A DNA stretch of 64,000 bases from the human T2T-CHM13v2.0 reference genome, Homo sapiens (GCF_009914755.1 NC_060925.1), one strand, 5' to 3'; counted from the stretch's first letter, positions 14,189-27,292 are shown. Numbers and translations are program-made. The notes: generated by a model not told the origin, from the sequence alone.

Positions 14189-15934
14189 AATGAAAATGTG
14201 TCATAGGAACAAATGTGGTGTTCCCTCTGAGACAACTACACTCCCAGGTGCCTCTTCCAACACATTTTCGTTCTCTTTTTATCATGGCATAGACAATTGT
14301 CAGCACTGCTGAAAACTAAATACAGGAAAAGTTGGTTGAGGTTATACTATTCCTTTCATGCTACAATGATGTAACATCATTAAGATCAAAGGGAATTGTT
14401 AACTTTCCTCTAATAATAAAAAACACACAAAAATACTGAAACCTTGGATAGGCTTACGAACATTTTAAAAGGCAGAATAACTTTCCCTTACTCAGGATAA
14501 ATTTTGCCTCTTATCTCTAAATATTATCCTACTGTTTGACAAGAAATAAAAAAATTACTAAATCTTTCACATCCCATATTTTACTGCTGTCTATATTTTA
14601 CATTTGATATAAACATTTTACAGCAGGTATTGTACACTGAAATTTGGATTCATTTATCTCATAAAAAGGAATACAAATGATGGATTGAAACACCCTGGTA
14701 TCTAAAATTCTAAAAACATTAATATTTTTACTGAAAGTTATAGATTATATTAACACCAGGGTATAGTCAGTGAAAATACTCCCTACAGTTTAGTGTCAAT
14801 AGTCTGAACAGCAGTCAGTTTTCCATAAAACAAGAAAGCCAACAAATTCTGTTATTGGGTAACAAGCTGATCTAAGCCTAATCTATAGTTATTTACTTGA
14901 ATGGTACAAGTGGATAAAAACATGTAACATCTTTTAAATGCTTATAAAAAATTTAAAGATAAATGCTAGTTTAATTATAGTCATATGCAAATAGGTTTTA
15001 TTGTTAATACTGAATATAAAGTATAAAAACATAAATTATAGTCTTATGATAGAGACAAATGTCAGCCTTAATTGATGACACTCTATAAGCAATTTTCTGC
15101 TTGTAACATTTGTTTTAATTTTCTCACACAAATAACAGAACTTGCATTCATATAATTAAACATACATGGACTATTAATATTTTTGACATCATCTAGGGAA
15201 TTTACTTAATTACGCTTCACTCTCTAAAACGTGTATTTACTGTTAAATTCTGAAGTAAATAATAACATTCAACAATATTTTCTATACCTCTGGAATTATA
15301 AATCCAGGACTGAAAACAACCCATGGAAGCTTGATCATCTCTCAGGAAAAATGTTCTGTAAGTCTGGAATATATACAAGTAATATTATCAATCACTAACT
15401 GTAAGTAAATAATTAATATTATTGTAAGGGCTATTATTTAATCCTTTAATCTACATATAGGATAGGTGTTTCATTTAACTTATAAAAATAATTATATAAA
15501 AATAAGAATTATTACTGCTTATACAAATTTTGAGGCTTTGCAATTCTGCTGCAGTAATATGGCTAAAAATAAATTGTACAAAGAAACACTTAAGGACATA
15601 TAATGTGAAAGTATATGTGAATACAGTCAGAAATATTCTGGTAATGACTAGATATACGAATTTAGAGGATTGTTTTCCTCATCTTGTTAAGGTTTATTTG
15701 TTTATTTATCTTTATTTGTATTCAATAATCTTTAGTCCTAGAAAATTTTAGGGGAGAGTAAAAGAGAGTAAAGACATCCGTAAATTGTATGATTCATACT
15801 ATGACCCAAAGACTGAGATCATTAGATATTGCAGAGAAAAAAAATCTTTTATTGAAACCCTCAAATAGTTTAGCCACAGTATAAACTGTAGAAGATGAAA
15901 TGATGAACAAATATTCAATGCTCATACCCAAAAA

Positions 15935-16112
15935 CAGGGGTTTTCAAGATTATTATGCTTCAGGATCACCCTGAGGGTGTGTTAACACACAGATCACTGG
16001 CCTTCACTCCATGCTCCCTCCTCCTGAGTGTCTGATTCAGTAGGTCTGTGATAGGGCCCAGGAATTTGCATTTCTAGTGAGTTACCAGTTGCTGCTAGGA
16101 TAGAGACCACAT
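15935..16112. mobile_element. MER5A (hAT-Charlie MITE)
   Basis: tctgattcagtaggtctgtgatagggcccaggaatttgcatttcta is the MER5A hallmark. Confidence 0.85.
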
Positions 16113-16329
16113 GAGGGTCCTCCACCCAGGCTGTACAGTAACTCATCTCCGGAATATTTATCCCCTAAGTTCCTCGCATAATTTATTGTTGGGGAAAGCA
16201 CTGTTGTTTTCTGAAGCTCTCCATATGAAAGGGCAGTCTCCAGGAATTATGTAAAACTTGAGTTGGGCATTGATATACGGATTGGGTCCACAAAGTTTTA
16301 AAAAAACACAAGAGGATATTTACTGATAA

Positions 16330-16540
16330 CAATTACAGTTACATAGCATTTTCAACTTATAATGTATTTGCTTATGCTTTTTCTTGTTTAACTTTGGTCT
16401 TTACAACAACTCAATAAAGGAGGCAAGTATTATAATTTCTTTTCTTTAGAAAAGTGATCTGAAGCTCAGTAACATCCTTAGTTCATAACTTTTGTATGCA
16501 TGTTTGCATAATTGAAATGAAAACATTCTGGCTGCAAGTT
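16330..16540 (-). mobile_element. MIR fragment
   Basis: ttacaacaactc...aggcaagtattataatt...tctgaagctcag resembles the MIR core in reverse. Confidence 0.5.
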
Positions 16541-17440
16541 AAGTGATTATGGCTGTATACCCTATGCACCATATGCTTATTATGTCTATGAAACAGTAAT
16601 GAGGCCAACATGGCCAGAAAGACTCCATTAGGCAGTAGTGAAAAAAATATGTAGGATATTTGGATAAAAGTAGATATGCGTAGGGTAGGACAAGACTATG
16701 GAATGTCTTGAAATCAAGTTAAGGAATTTGAAAGTTGTAGCAATCAATAAAATCAGTGTAAAATACTATCCTGCAACAGAAAGACGTGCAAATCATACAC
16801 ATATATAATATCTTACTATTTGGAATCTATTTTCTACTAACTTCAGGAATTGACTCACTCCAAAGCTGTAAAAAGAAAACAGAACATGTGTTTCTTCTAA
16901 TTGGTACAGTCAGTCTCATTACAAATCCTGATCCCCAAAGTAGGAGGCTGGCGGGGGTAGAAAAGGAAAAGAGACACAACTAAATTCCATGCAAGTTTTC
17001 ATTCCAAGACTATTTTCTCCTGCTCTTCATTTTCTCATTAGGCATTGAGAAAAAAGTGTGGTCTTCTTGGCTGTGGGAGGCAGCATGGCTGGATCTCATG
17101 CTGGTTGCTGTGCTTTCTCTGCTGTGCTCTGTCTGGCCCAGCCCATCTGAGACACTGAGAGCTGTTGCTGAGGGCCACTGGCCTAACCACCACCTCTTCC
17201 CAGGCAAATGCACATTTGGACTGGTGTAACTTGTGGCCTGTTCTCTTTACATGAATAGTGCTGACCAACCCCTTCACTCATTCCTCATAGGTACTGTGGG
17301 CCCTACTAATGACTCTCTCACTTGGCTTACATAAGCTGCTCTCTAGCTTTTAGTAAAACATTACTATTCTTCATGGTAAAGACATCTGATAATCGTCTCC
17401 ATCAGAGAAGATGACATCTTCCTCTTTGTCTTTCAGGAGA

Positions 17441-17890
17441 TGTGCTAGGTTATGTCCACTTAGGAAGCAGGACCCAACATAGCACTAGACATACAAAAGA
17501 CTTATTGGGGGAAACAACTGGTTGATGATAGAGGAGAGAGGCAGAGAAAGGAGGGTGAGCTTGCAGATCATGATGTGTAGGTTTGACCCCTGTGAAGGAG
17601 AAGGGAAGGAAGAGTTGGTGTGGAGAGTCTCAGACTGTAATGCGGTTCTAAGAAAATTTCTGCCAGTCATATAAAGAGTCATTGAGCTAAAGTCTTCCAT
17701 TGGCAGAGTTGTGTGTCTCTCAGAAATTAGTCTGCATTATTACTACCAGCATGCCCAGTTGTTGGCTAGAAGGAGCCCAGGAAGGGTGGTCTCTATTTGA
17801 AAATGATGGATCCGAGGAAGGCAGCAGCAGTGACTATCGATTTTACCCCAATAATAGAGAACTGTGTGGTCTATTTTCTCGGCCACTGTA
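17441..17890 (-). mobile_element. LTR16A-like LTR (3' LTR of a HERV16/ERVL provirus)
   Basis: ggaagcag...aaaagacttattgggggaaac...tgtgaaggagaagggaaggaag...ctcagactg matches the reverse of LTR16A. Confidence 0.8.
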
Positions 17891-20800
17891 GGCGATGCTT
17901 CATACAACACAAATCTACTTCTATATGCAGGTTTTGGAAGCAGTTACTTATTGGGAGAGGCAGTTCACCATATCCCCCGAGCATTCCTGTATGTCCTTGT
18001 CAAGTGTGCCAAATTGCAAATGGCTAACCACTGTCTGACTGTGAGCAGTTTCTGTATCTAATTATGTGGCAACCAAATAGGTGAAGACCAGCACAGCATG
18101 GCTACTGTATAACTGTCCACTCACTAGAAAGGAAACTGTCATTTTTGCTGCCTGCCACAAAAGATGCTAGGTCTTCGGCCCTCAGTTCTTTAGCTGCATC
18201 ACAATGCACTCTTTTAGTCTCATCTGGGATACTGAGATACCTTATGAGACTTGGAGAAGGGGAGAACTGATATAACCATGTTTATGTTTCTGCTGTGAGT
18301 ATTAATATGCAGACTTCCTATTATTCGCCAAGTCTCACTGATGCCTTTGGAGTTGTGGCAAGCTTAGTCCTGCCTTTGTCTTTGAGGTTGGAGCACTTTC
18401 CTGACAGACACAAGGGGAGGGTTGTTGAGATATACAAACTTTTTTTTATTTTTCCCAGAGGAGAAAAGACAAGGGCCTTATGTGCCAGTTTCAGTGATAT
18501 GAATTGCTCTTGCTCAAGTGTTGGAAGACAGTGGATGGGGCAGAATAAGTGGATCTTGAGTGCTGCACTAGTTAATAAATAGGAGTAAGTAAATAAATAG
18601 ACTGAAAGGTAAGAGGTAGGATTGAAATAAGCAGCCCAAATGGTACCATGATTTTTGCTTGTTCTCCTATAAAAATGGAGACCGGGAAGTACTCTGGTCC
18701 AACATCAGGAAGGGAAATATAAACTACCTATGTCAAAAGGCAGGTGCATTTGCTTGATGTGTCTGGGGATTTACATAGGCTATGTCATAACAGAGGTTCC
18801 TCCATGGAGATTGGTCTCCTCCTACTGGAGGAACTGAGAAGTTAACTGGTTGCCCTAGGATAAATTAGCCTTTCAGCACCTCTCCTACCTGGCCCTGAAC
18901 CACCACATCCTGATTTACTATCCTTTAGGGAGATTGTATAATAAAGGTAGATCCAAAGTCCCTCCAATTCCAGAGACCAAAAGCTTTAGTCATGGTAGGG
19001 ACACAGTGGGGCAGGAGGGAAAGTGGAGTATACAAACATTTAAGGCTTTGTTTGGATAACAATGCTCAAGTGGCTGTATAATCCGGTTCTCTTGAGAGGA
19101 CTGGACCACACATTCGATTTGCTATATTTGGAAAAAGAGGTATATGAGAGAATGGAAGTATCTGTATCTATATCCATCACATTTACTGTGCTGCTACAGG
19201 GAACTTGAAATGTCTTGTTATTGTGCCATTAATGAGTGGGTTAAGATGTGCAAGTGAGACTTCTTTCAGGGATGATTTGATGATATTATGATGATTGGCT
19301 CCACTAAAACCCAATAGTTCAGGGGTGACTCATTCATTCTGAGCCCTTGGAAATCACGTCTTTCTCAGGCTAGAGTTGTTATACATACTCATTCACAGTT
19401 ATAAAGGAGCAAGGGACTACTAGGAGGCAGCCAAGTCAATCAACTGAAGTGCCTACACTTTCTTTCCCGAGTCATCTTTAAAAACAGTCCTACCTTATTG
19501 TGGTGATCAAGGTTAATTACCTTGACAAGATACTGACTCTTCTTTTTGAGTGCTGGTCCCAGAACCCAGGCAGTCAAAATTTCTCTGATTTGTCAAGACC
19601 TCAATGGCTTGTCCTTAATGAAACCTTTGCTGTGGTCCCTGGCAAGAATATGATCCAAGACCTTCAACCTTGCAGAATCAAGAAATATGAGGATAAAATC
19701 ATGCAGTGAGTCATTGGGACTTAACGGAAGTGGGGCTACTTCTATTCCTACTCCTTGCTTTCTGCAGTGATCTGTTCTTCCCATTGAGGACAGAACACTA
19801 TATGGGCGGGTGGTGGGTGGAGTGTTCTTTGACTTAATGGATATGCACAAAGGATAAAAATCCATCCTTGGAGAGTGTTGCCTCTGAGTTGGTGCTCCAA
19901 TTCTGCCTCTAGAAGAATACTTCAATGTTCTTGGAGGATAACTAGTGGAGTGTGTGGTATATGATATAACCAGTGGATCTCACAGTCATGGGCCAACTCA
20001 CACACCTCTGCACCATGAAGTGGGTTGCCTGTTCAGATGCTATTTTGTGTAGGATTCTGTGACTGTGCATGAGGCATTCCATAAGCCACTGAATAGTGTG
20101 CTGACTGGGGTTCTTCAAGAAGGAATGTCAAATCCCCACACAAACTGCTGGCACATCAAAGACAGAAAGGTCCCAATGTAGCTGACTTGCTGCCAAGTGT
20201 CATTTTAGTTTCCTTGAAATATAATGTCATGTTGACATAGCTACATTGGTCTCTGTTGCTGACAGGTTGAATCTTTAGGAGCGGCAGAAGCTACTCAACC
20301 TTTATAAATGGGAATTAATGCTGATGGGCCTATCACTGCAACCAGGGCCATTTTATTGATGTGCCATTTCACCAGTTCCAGCGCAGCCAATGATGAAAGC
20401 TGACTAATGTCAAGTAGTCAACACATTTGAATATTTCATCGTTGAGTGTCTCTTACGTAGTGAATGTTTTCTCATGGGTGTTAAAATGTGATACAAAAAT
20501 CTTCACACTTTGTATACATTTCCATATGTCTGTTCATATGCTGCTACTCCAGACCTCCTTCATGTCTGGTCTCTCGATTGACATTACCATTGGGTATCTA
20601 GTAATCAATATAAATTCTCACCTTGGGCTACATATTTTTCTGAAAAAAAGTGAATGACCATTTGCCCTGGTTATCACTCTGTCTACAAGGAGGATTTTTC
20701 CTCACTGTTGTCTTTCAAAGCAATTTTTGGAAAAATGACATAACGAAGCAACAGTCCATTTTCAACTGATACCCACACATAGAGTCAATTAATGATAATA

Positions 20801-20937
20801 CAAACGCAGGCCTTTTTTTTTTTTTTTTTTTTTTTTACCTAATCCACCTGATAACAAGATTTCTCTCTGCTCATAGGATAAGCCAGGGGAAAGGAACTGG
20901 GGCAATTGTGGTGGGTGGCATGGAGGTCTGGGCTACC
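17891..20937 (-). pseudogene. HERV16/ERV3-16A3-type internal sequence with decayed pol (RNase H and integrase)
   Basis: Manual minus-strand translation gives KIFVSHFNTH (~20470-20503; ERVL KIFVSHVNAH), CQQQRP (~20248-20264), WQQVSYIG (~20171-20195; WWQVDYIG) and TIQWLMECLMHSHRILHKIASEQATHF...IHWLYHIPH (~19951-20097; ERVL TIRGLTECLIHRHGIPHSIASDQGTHF...IHWSYHVPH). Stops and frameshifts are present. Confidence 0.85.
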
Positions 20938-21110
20938 TGTGATGTAGCCTATGAAGGAGAAGAAGAGGGAAGAAGGATTGGATGGAAGAGTCTTACATCA
21001 AAACGCAGTTCTAGGAATGGTTCAGCCATCCCCATGGGGAGTCCTTGAGTCAAAATTGCCTGTTAAAGAGTAACATTTCACAGAAATGGGCCTGTATTCA
21101 TAGCCTCCAT
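20938..21110 (-). mobile_element. Second LTR16A-like fragment (partial 5' LTR)
   Basis: Aligns by eye, in the same orientation, with ~17570-17745: tgaaggagaag..gggaagaaggattggatggaagagtctta...gcagttcta...cagaaatggg. Confidence 0.75.
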
Positions 21111-22592
21111 AGACATAGTCAGACTTTCAATTCTGCTGATTTGATTGCATCAATTCCCTGATGCAATGTACAGGGAGCATTGCATCAGAATTGTGTATCT
21201 ATATGTCACACTCTGGATGCTAGACTTGACTTGCTAGTGGTCTATCAGCCTCCATGATGGAATAAAGTCACCCTGCATAGCAGGCTCTTCCCAAGTTTAC
21301 ATACAGAAAGCAGGCTAACATCCATCCCTGTGCTCTCAGTTTTCCTTTCAGCCTTTGAACCCACTTCAGACTCTCAGTCCTCCAGGGATCAGCACACATA
21401 TATCTCATGAGCTTGACCCTTTCTCCCTTCACAGTATCCTCTGGGACTATAAATTATTGGCTTTTTTATTTCTTTCTCTTATGATTGGGGCTTTTAATAT
21501 TTCATATTAAATTGAATTCTTACTCAGCTTAACATCCTGGATTTATTAAATTTATATGACCTAATCAACAAAAAGTTTCTTTATATGTCAATGGAAAGTG
21601 AAAGTTTTAAAATCTTCTGAATATGCTTGGTTTTCAAAACAATTGTCATGAGATGATACTCTAGCAATCCAAAGATGAACCTATTTTTTTTTTACTTCTT
21701 TCTTTTTGTAGTCCTCCTGTAAATCCTATTTATCCCTGAAGCAAATAGTTGCCTCTGGCCGACTAAAGAATAATCCCAAACAAAGGGAACCTAAAATATA
21801 AAAGTAAATATTTTTCAAAAAATATGATCTTCATTATGTAGTCCTGACAAATAAATGACAAAACAAAGCAAAGGATTATAAGTGTCAAAAGAGAAAGCAA
21901 TCTAACTGGGGAAAGCAGTCAGAGAAAGATTAACAGCCCTACGAGTTTATGGTTTAAGTGATTGAAGACTGAAAATTTTAGCCTTCCTGTTGTTATTGTT
22001 GAAGGGGTCCCATTAGCCTGCTGAAGATAAAGTGTGTGTAAAGACAGTTGGTGAGCAATAGGAAAATCATATTTCAACCATATGTCCATGATGCACACAG
22101 CCTGGCTTGTACATCCCTGAGCCTGAATCTTGAGCATGGGTCTTCTTTGCTCAGGCGTTGTCACATGGAAGTATTTAACCTGTGGAATGAGCCCTTTTCA
22201 GGCTCCCTTTATTTTCCTGCATATACTTATCATTCTGGTTGTTCATATTCCTTTAACTTCTCCATTCCTTTAGTAGTTCCTCTTTCCTTCTTCTGTTTCT
22301 AGTCTAGGAACCTTTCTCTAACCCACTCTTTAGGCTTGTAAATATTCCAAAATCCATGGTTGGGATATTTTTTACCTGATTCCACTGCTGGATAAAGGGT
22401 GAAGTAAGCTTCAGTTTCTAAGCACAGAGAAACATAGAAAAGCGCCCATCTTGTCGTATTTCTGAGTGTAAAATGAACTCATTTCTGTATTTAAAAATAA
22501 AATCTGTATCTCTAAAGCTGCAAGAATAATTTTCTGCTGATTCTCAATTTTTTGGTAGAGGGTTGTAAATCTGGGCCAGGGGCATCATTTTG

Positions 22593-22736
22593 TTAAAATT
22601 TAATTTTATTGAACTTTGACAAATTATACTTGTAGATATTTATGAGATACAAAGTGATCCAATAATACGTATAAGTGTGGAATGTTGAGTCTAAGTAACA
22701 TATCCACCATCTCAAATACTTATCATTTATTCCTCC
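22593..22736 (-). mobile_element. L1MA (L1MA8-10-like) extreme 3' end
   Basis: Reverse complement reads atgataagtatttgagatggtggatatgtta...cattccaca...aatttgtcaaagttcaataaaattaaaa. Confidence 0.75.
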
Positions 22737-22741
22737 AAGTA

Positions 22742-22779
22742 TACACACACATACACACACACAAACACACACACACACA
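22742..22779. repeat. (CA)n microsatellite
   Basis: Seen directly. Confidence 0.95.
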
Positions 22780-22981
22780 ATGGTGAAACCCCGTCTCTAC
22801 TAAAAATACAAAAATTAGCCGAGTGTAGTGGTGCACACCTGTAATCCCAGCTAGTCAGGAGGCTGAGGCAGGAGAATCTCTTGAACCCAGGAGATGAAGG
22901 TCGCAGTGAGCCGAGATCACACCACTGCACTCCGGCCTGGACTACAGAGCGAGATTCCGGAAAAAAAAAAAAAAAAAAAAA
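22780..22981 (+). mobile_element. 5'-truncated AluS
   Basis: Begins at atggtgaaaccccgtctctact. The right arm and poly(A) are intact. Confidence 0.95.
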
Positions 22982-23186
22982 GACAGATATTCTGTCATTT
23001 GCAGAAGCATGGATGAATCTAGAGGACATTATGCTAAGTAAAATAAGCCAGGCACAGAAAGAAAAATACATATTCTTTCTTAAATGTGGAATCTAAAATA
23101 ATTGAATTCATAGAGGTAGAGAGCACAATGACGGTTATGAGAAGATGAGAGGTGGGGGAAATGGGAAGATGGTCAATGGGAGTAAC
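22982..23186 (+). mobile_element. L1MA fragment (ORF2 end and 3'UTR)
   Basis: tctgtcatttgcagaagcatggatgaatctagaggacattatgctaagtaaaataagccaggcacagaaagaaaaatac. Confidence 0.85.
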
Positions 23187-24696
23187 TTATCCTGAAATAT
23201 AAATCAACCATTCCATCTGTGATTAGAAAGATTATCCCAATACAAAAGAAATGAATGTCAGTTCCAATGCAATTTACTTTGCTCTCCATGAGATCTGGTC
23301 ATCAGGATGCTTAAAACTATCTCCAGCCCAGTGGTAAACCCTGACCATATTCAGGGTATACGTATACCCTGCCAACCATGAGGAGTAACATGAGAAGAAA
23401 TCAATCTCTCTTGCTTTCTCATTTCATTACCAACTGCCAAGCTCTCCTCTGTGCCATATTTCCCTTAGACTTTGTCCTTCATTGTCATGTCCCTATGACT
23501 AAGTTTCCTTCTAGGATTGAGCTCCTGCCAACTTTTATTAGTTTCCCTCCAAGTTACCAGAATGCATACCTTCTGCCTAAGTATAGAACATTTTCAACAA
23601 ATATGCCTGATAGCCATTGCTTCCCAGGTTTGTTTTATCATCTACCCAATAATGTTTGTTTGTTTCTGTTGTTGTTGTTTTCTGATTTGAACAAACTATT
23701 GCTGTTTATTTGGAATGAGGACCTAGGTTGCTGACTCATTCGCTATGGTATCTATACTTCATTCTGAATATATAACATTCGTACTTGTAAATAGATCTCT
23801 ACTCCAAATGGCAGTTCAATCTTAGGGACTGGATCCAGAACAGCACCTAGACCTAAGCTTATTTATTTGAACATTTCCTATCATGAGCCATATGTCAGAA
23901 ATTTTAGTTTAGGAAGCTGTGGTAGCTGAATGCTTTCCTGTAGCCCAGGACTATTATTCTCTAGAACTTGGCTGAGCATGAGAAGAAAAATAGAACAAGC
24001 AGATGGGCTTTGCCTTCGGGTATGGCAGCACACTTCATTCTTTAGAGTATAAGCTTGCTGCTCATGACACTACGGCAGAGCAGAGCCTAAGAGGCCACAT
24101 AGAGATGAAAATTGCTGCCTTGGCCTCATTATTCAAAGTCTCACTACCCAGAATACAAGCTTAGAAAGGATTCTTCACTATTTTATTCCTATTCTTGCCT
24201 GTCAGGAGATATTGTTGAGCCTGTACACCATGTGAAACATCATTTAAAGTTCTATGGAGGATATATGAAAATATTTGGAAAACAGAACCACTCTCAACCC
24301 CCACAAAAAAAAACTGAAAAAAGAAATAAAATGTTTATTTTTTCTATGCAAAGCAAATATGAAGTCTCCCCTCTCATTCAACAGTATTTCTGCCTCAAAA
24401 AATAAATAAAACATAATCAAAACACTTTAAATTCACTCTAACATGTAACAAAACTGTCACTGGAGATCTCCTGATTTGAGAAATCATAGGGTCTGCAAAA
24501 CCATAGACTAAATATAATGCTAGACATTTATGTAAAATATTTCAGCAACAATATGAGTTGTATTATTAGGATGAACAATGATGGCCTTATGGTTAAATAA
24601 GCATATCTGAATACCTTATTTCTCAAACACACTGAAAATATGGGTTCTGCAAATGGTATCCCTCTTTCTCCCTAAACCTAGAGCAGTGCCCAAGAG

Positions 24697-24930
24697 AACA
24701 GAATACAGGGCCAAGTTTTATGTATTTAAATTCTGTTCTCCCACTTAAAGGTTCTGTTACTATAAAAAAAAAACGCAGTACTTGTTCTATGCTTCAGTTA
24801 CCTTCTATATCATAACAAGATAATGATTGCATCTATTCAAGGAGTTACCAAGAAAATAAAACAAATTTATATAAGAAAACATGAAGGCTAGTGTCTGCCA
24901 AATATTAAGTACTTGAGTTATTATTATCAT
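24697..24930 (+). mobile_element. MIR
   Basis: tttaaattctgttctcccactta...tctatgcttcagttaccttc...gtgtctgccaaatattaagtact...attattatcat. Confidence 0.6.
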
Positions 24931-26277
24931 AACTCTCTCTATATTAATCAATAAATATTCATTTAAACATGAAGCCATACCAGAGGTTATGTAGTGGGTT
25001 AATAACTGTATCGCTTTCCTATCCATAAGGGAGTCCTTGAGAAACAGCAGTTTGAGGGAGTGAAGAGTAGAAGAAGATACTAAAATTAGAGAGAAAGGCT
25101 AATATTTAATTAACACTTAAAATGTGTCAGAACTTCTGCATGCATTATCTGATTTTGCCCTCAAACCAACTCTTGTAACTAGCCCAGGTCTGCACAACCA
25201 GGAATGGCAGAACAGAAATTAGAACAAGTTCTTCTCTTATCAATGAATATGATGCTCTTGAGGAAAAGCAAGAGGAGACAGAAAGAAATCCGGTATTTTA
25301 AACATAGGATTATATAGCCAAAACTAATTTACCAAGTTTATTATACAATTGCTCAAAGTTTCGCTTTGCCCATATAGGCATTATCTACCCTTTTAATTCT
25401 CCCCATTGTTGATAAAACCATAAGTTGAATCAAAAAGAACCTCACTGTTTGAATATTATTTAGTATGTCAATGTTTTATTTTGTATATTGGTAAATTATT
25501 TGGTTATTTTCTGTTTCTAATAGTTTTTAAATAATTTTGAATTATAGAATGTGGTCTATTAATATAGAATTTTTAAAATACATTTTGTGTATTGACCTTT
25601 TAAAACGAGAGGAGGCTTCCTTAAAGTGTCTTTTCACTGTTGTTAAATATACCAGCACATAAAATGTTAATGGAAATACTGCCTTTTAATGTTAGGTAGT
25701 GACCTTTATTATAAATGAATTTATCTCTAGAGTATATTTTTCAAAGTTAAAAGAAACCAATTAAAATGTTCTAACACTGAAGGAGCAATAAACCTCAAAA
25801 AATATCTGAATATGGAATATAGTTCTTAATTTACTGTCTCTTCACATGCAACATACCCAGAAGGTGTGCTATTGACTTACTATTGTGTTTCTTGATAAGA
25901 AGCTTATAAAGTGTCTGCTTAACTTTTCCTTTTCAAATTAACAAGATAATACGAGCATGTAGGTAAGCCATTGGCAAGGGCTAGAGGATAGCCATTTAAA
26001 AACAGAAAATATATATTATTGTGTTTTTATCACAATTTTCCTGGCTCAGAAATGAAAAAAAAAAAAAAACCTTAGACTTGGCCCAGTATGTAAATGATGC
26101 AGGAAGCCATGTCCCCTGTCTATCTCTCCAACCACATCTGCTTCTGTTCTCTAATATGCATATATTCTTACAGTACCATCTTCAGGGATTTCTTTGACTT
26201 TTATATGCCAGCTTCTTGCTTAGGATGTTTTTTCTTTCTCTCTTACACAATTGATAAATGCCTATTCATTCTTTAAT

Positions 26278-26420
26278 ATCATTTATTCATTCAAAAATTT
26301 ATTGAGCACTATGTGATAGGAACTATTTTTAAGTTCTGGTAACACAGCAGCAAACAATATAGACAAAAGTCCTTTCTTTCATGGAGTTTATATTTCAGTA
26401 TGAGAAAACAATATACAAGT
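26278..26420 (-). mobile_element. L2a 3' end
   Basis: tttattcattcaaaaatttattgagcact...agacaaaagtcc...tcatggagtttatatt. Confidence 0.8.
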
Positions 26421-26430
26421 AAATGTATAT

Positions 26431-27292
26431 ATATTTATACATATATAAACATATTTTTATATATTATATATTTGTACATATATAAACATATTCTTATATA
26501 TTATATATTTGTACATATATAAATATATTATTATGTATTATATATTTGTACATATATAAATATATTCTTATGTATTATATATTTGTACATATATATATTC
26601 TTATGTATTATACATTTGTACATATATAAATATATTCTTATGTATTATACATTTGTACATATATAAATATATTCTTATGTATTATACATTTGTACATATA
26701 TAAATATATTCTTATGTATTATACATTTGTACATATATAAATATATTATGTATTATACATTTGTACATATATAAATATATTCTTATGTATTATACATTTG
26801 TACATATATAAATATATTCTTATGTATTACACATTTGTACATATATAAATATATTCTTATGTATTATATATTTGTACATATATATATTCTTATGTATTAT
26901 ATATTTGTACATATATAAATATATTCTTATGTATTATATATTTGTACATATATAAATATATTCTTATGTATTATATATTTGTACATATATAAATATATTT
27001 TTATGTATTATATATTTGTACATATATAAATATATTTTTATGTATTATATATTTGTACATATATAAATATATTTTTATGTATTATATATTTGTACATATA
27101 TAAATATATTTTTATGTATTATATATTTGTACATATATAAATTTTTATGTATTATATATTTGTATATATAAATATATTTTTATGTATTATATATTTGTAC
27201 ATATATGAATATATTTTTATGTATTATATATTTGTACATATATGAATATATTTTTATGTATTATATATTTATACATATATAAATATATATTA
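26431..27292. repeat. 37-bp AT-rich minisatellite, ~23 units (tttgtacatatataaatatattcttatgtattata[t/c]a)
   Basis: Period of 37 seen directly (tgtattatac at 26641 and 26678). Confidence 0.97.

Noticed and set aside
26431-27292. 37-bp periodic array as CRISPR-like
   Set aside because: The units are head-to-tail with no unique spacers, there are no cas genes, and the context is primate DNA.
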